A stretch of 64,000 nucleotides of DNA from Calcarisporiella thermophila CBS 279.70 (taxonomy: Eukaryota > Fungi > Calcarisporiellomycota): NCBI RefSeq assembly GCF_041956535.1, contig NW_027192192.1:1277111-1341110 (forward strand), given 5' to 3'. Under the pieces are notes generated by a model. The model did not search any database. It was not told the DNA's origin and worked only from the letters and a program-made list of their open reading frames with translations. The position numbers and the translations under genes were made by a program. Shown one piece after another: positions 62,839-64,000 of this stretch (its first letter is position 1; each line of letters opens with the position of its first letter).

Positions 62839-63506
62839 CTTTTATTTTTCCGTTGCAAAGAAATCCTTGTTCCGCTCTGTATCCGTTCTGCACAATTTTG
62901 CGGATCAAAAGCTTATAAAAATACTGCAAGTCCAAGACTCTTCTCGCAGGCGTCAACAGCAAAATCACAACGGAGCAGCTGGGGGAGGAGATCCTGAAGG
63001 TGGGAGGAGGGGCGATGCACTCAGTGAAGCGTAATATAAGGAAAGTTAGTAAACGGAAAGAATCCGAAGGAAGCGTGGAGGCTGGCCGAATGGGAATGAA
63101 ACCAGAGGCCTGCTTTTGAGAAAGTGGGAAAACTAAAGAAAAGAAGTGGAAAAAACGGAGCCTGGCTGGGATTGGCGAGGATAGCCGACCTCGCTCGTAA
63201 AACCGAATGCGACACAACCTATCGAAAGCACAGTCCATCGGGAGCTGATTTGCGTCCAGTTGGTGGTATTGTGCCGCAATCAAAAATAGGGCCGAATATG
63301 CGATGGGCGGAACCTGATATCATGAAAAATTCCTCGGCCCCTTTGAAACCAAGTTCAGGAGAGCACTAGGCCGCGTGCATTTCAGAGGTTTCGGTCAACC
63401 GAATTGCATTCCGGAGAAAAACAAGTAATATTGGAAAAAAGTGGGAAAAACGTGGAAAAACAGGGAAAATCCAATCGAATCATATGAAAATCTGCATCTG
63501 AATTAA

Positions 63507-64000
63507 TCAACACATGGTTTTCCGCGTGGGCGGTCTGCGGCCAGGAGCAGTTGGACGCGAAAACCGTGCGCTCGGCTGCGGAGGGGCGGTTGGTAAAGAG
63601 GAGGAGCTTTCGGAGGATGCAGCCGAGGGGGAGGCTGGGAGCTCGTCCCGCAGGTGCTGACCGGTTAGCTCTGCCGGGTCGTTGGTCTCGAGCTTTAGGC
63701 TGACCCGAAGACCCGCCTCCGCCTCGAGCGCTTGAAGCACGCAGGCTTTACAGGAAGAGTACAGCATACGCTCACGAATTTTGGACTTGGATGGGCAAGT
63801 ATACGCAAACACTACAGGCAAAATATGAAGATACATAGAAGAGTATTAAAAAGGAGCAAATTAAAAGCAAACAAACGCGCTCCCGGATTGTTTCCTACCG
63901 AATGCTTCCTCGCCTTGATGTGCAAATGCGAATATGCTGTACCGTGGAGATTCGGCCGAAATTGCATTGGCAAGCGCATTTTCATCCGCCGATAAATCGA
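63507..64000 (-). CDS. TWF1: twinfilin, 3' part (gene starts beyond the right edge)
   Basis: ADF-H motif PRYSIF...F|VFAYTCPSKSKIRERMLYSS followed by the capping-protein-binding tail FSRPTAPGRR. Confidence 0.88.

Noticed and set aside
1-64000. Selenoprotein (in-frame TGA) or TGA-CTA readthrough to a cryptic PTS1
   Set aside because: None of the gene models I reconstructed needs an in-frame TGA, and the stop contexts I checked lack the readthrough motif.
1-64000. Transposons, CRISPR arrays, tRNA/rRNA genes, secondary-metabolite cluster
   Set aside because: No transposase or RT motifs, terminal repeats, repeat-spacer arrays, cloverleafs or PKS/NRPS domains seen by eye.

Overview
Gene-dense, intron-rich eukaryotic DNA: short GT-AG introns with CTAAC/CTAAT branch points and many head-to-head gene pairs. 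It is most consistent with an early-diverging, Mucoromycota-like fungus; this is inferred from the fungal housekeeping genes plus a Gemin5 orthologue. I reconstructed about 28 protein genes by hand splicing. They include tandem PHO84-type phosphate transporters, two C2H2 regulators (NsdC/Usv1-like and CreA/Mig1), MTC1, RPL33, Gemin5, cysteine dioxygenase, UBR1, SND2, RCC1, PRP18, eIF2B-alpha, TOP2, D-amino acid oxidase, an annexin, a bZIP factor and the 3' end of twinfilin. Two loci are invisible to the ORF track. The first is a spliced non-coding host gene at about 21.9-22.4 kb whose two introns each carry a box C/D snoRNA-like element with an antisense guide to 18S rRNA (U61/SNORD61-like and snoR14/SNORD110-like). 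The second is a four-exon sulfiredoxin with an optional upstream presequence-like extension. Other points of interest are a stand-alone receiver-domain response regulator, a Cys-rich insertion in CDO (which is head-to-head with UBR1), a PHO84 paralogue that has lost a conserved TM1 Asp, a cupredoxin-like GPI protein lacking copper ligands, a possible Nse5/SIMC1-like orphan, and two GC-AG introns in TOP2. I saw no transposon, CRISPR, tRNA or rRNA. Family calls and rRNA/snoRNA matches come from remembered sequences, not database searches.
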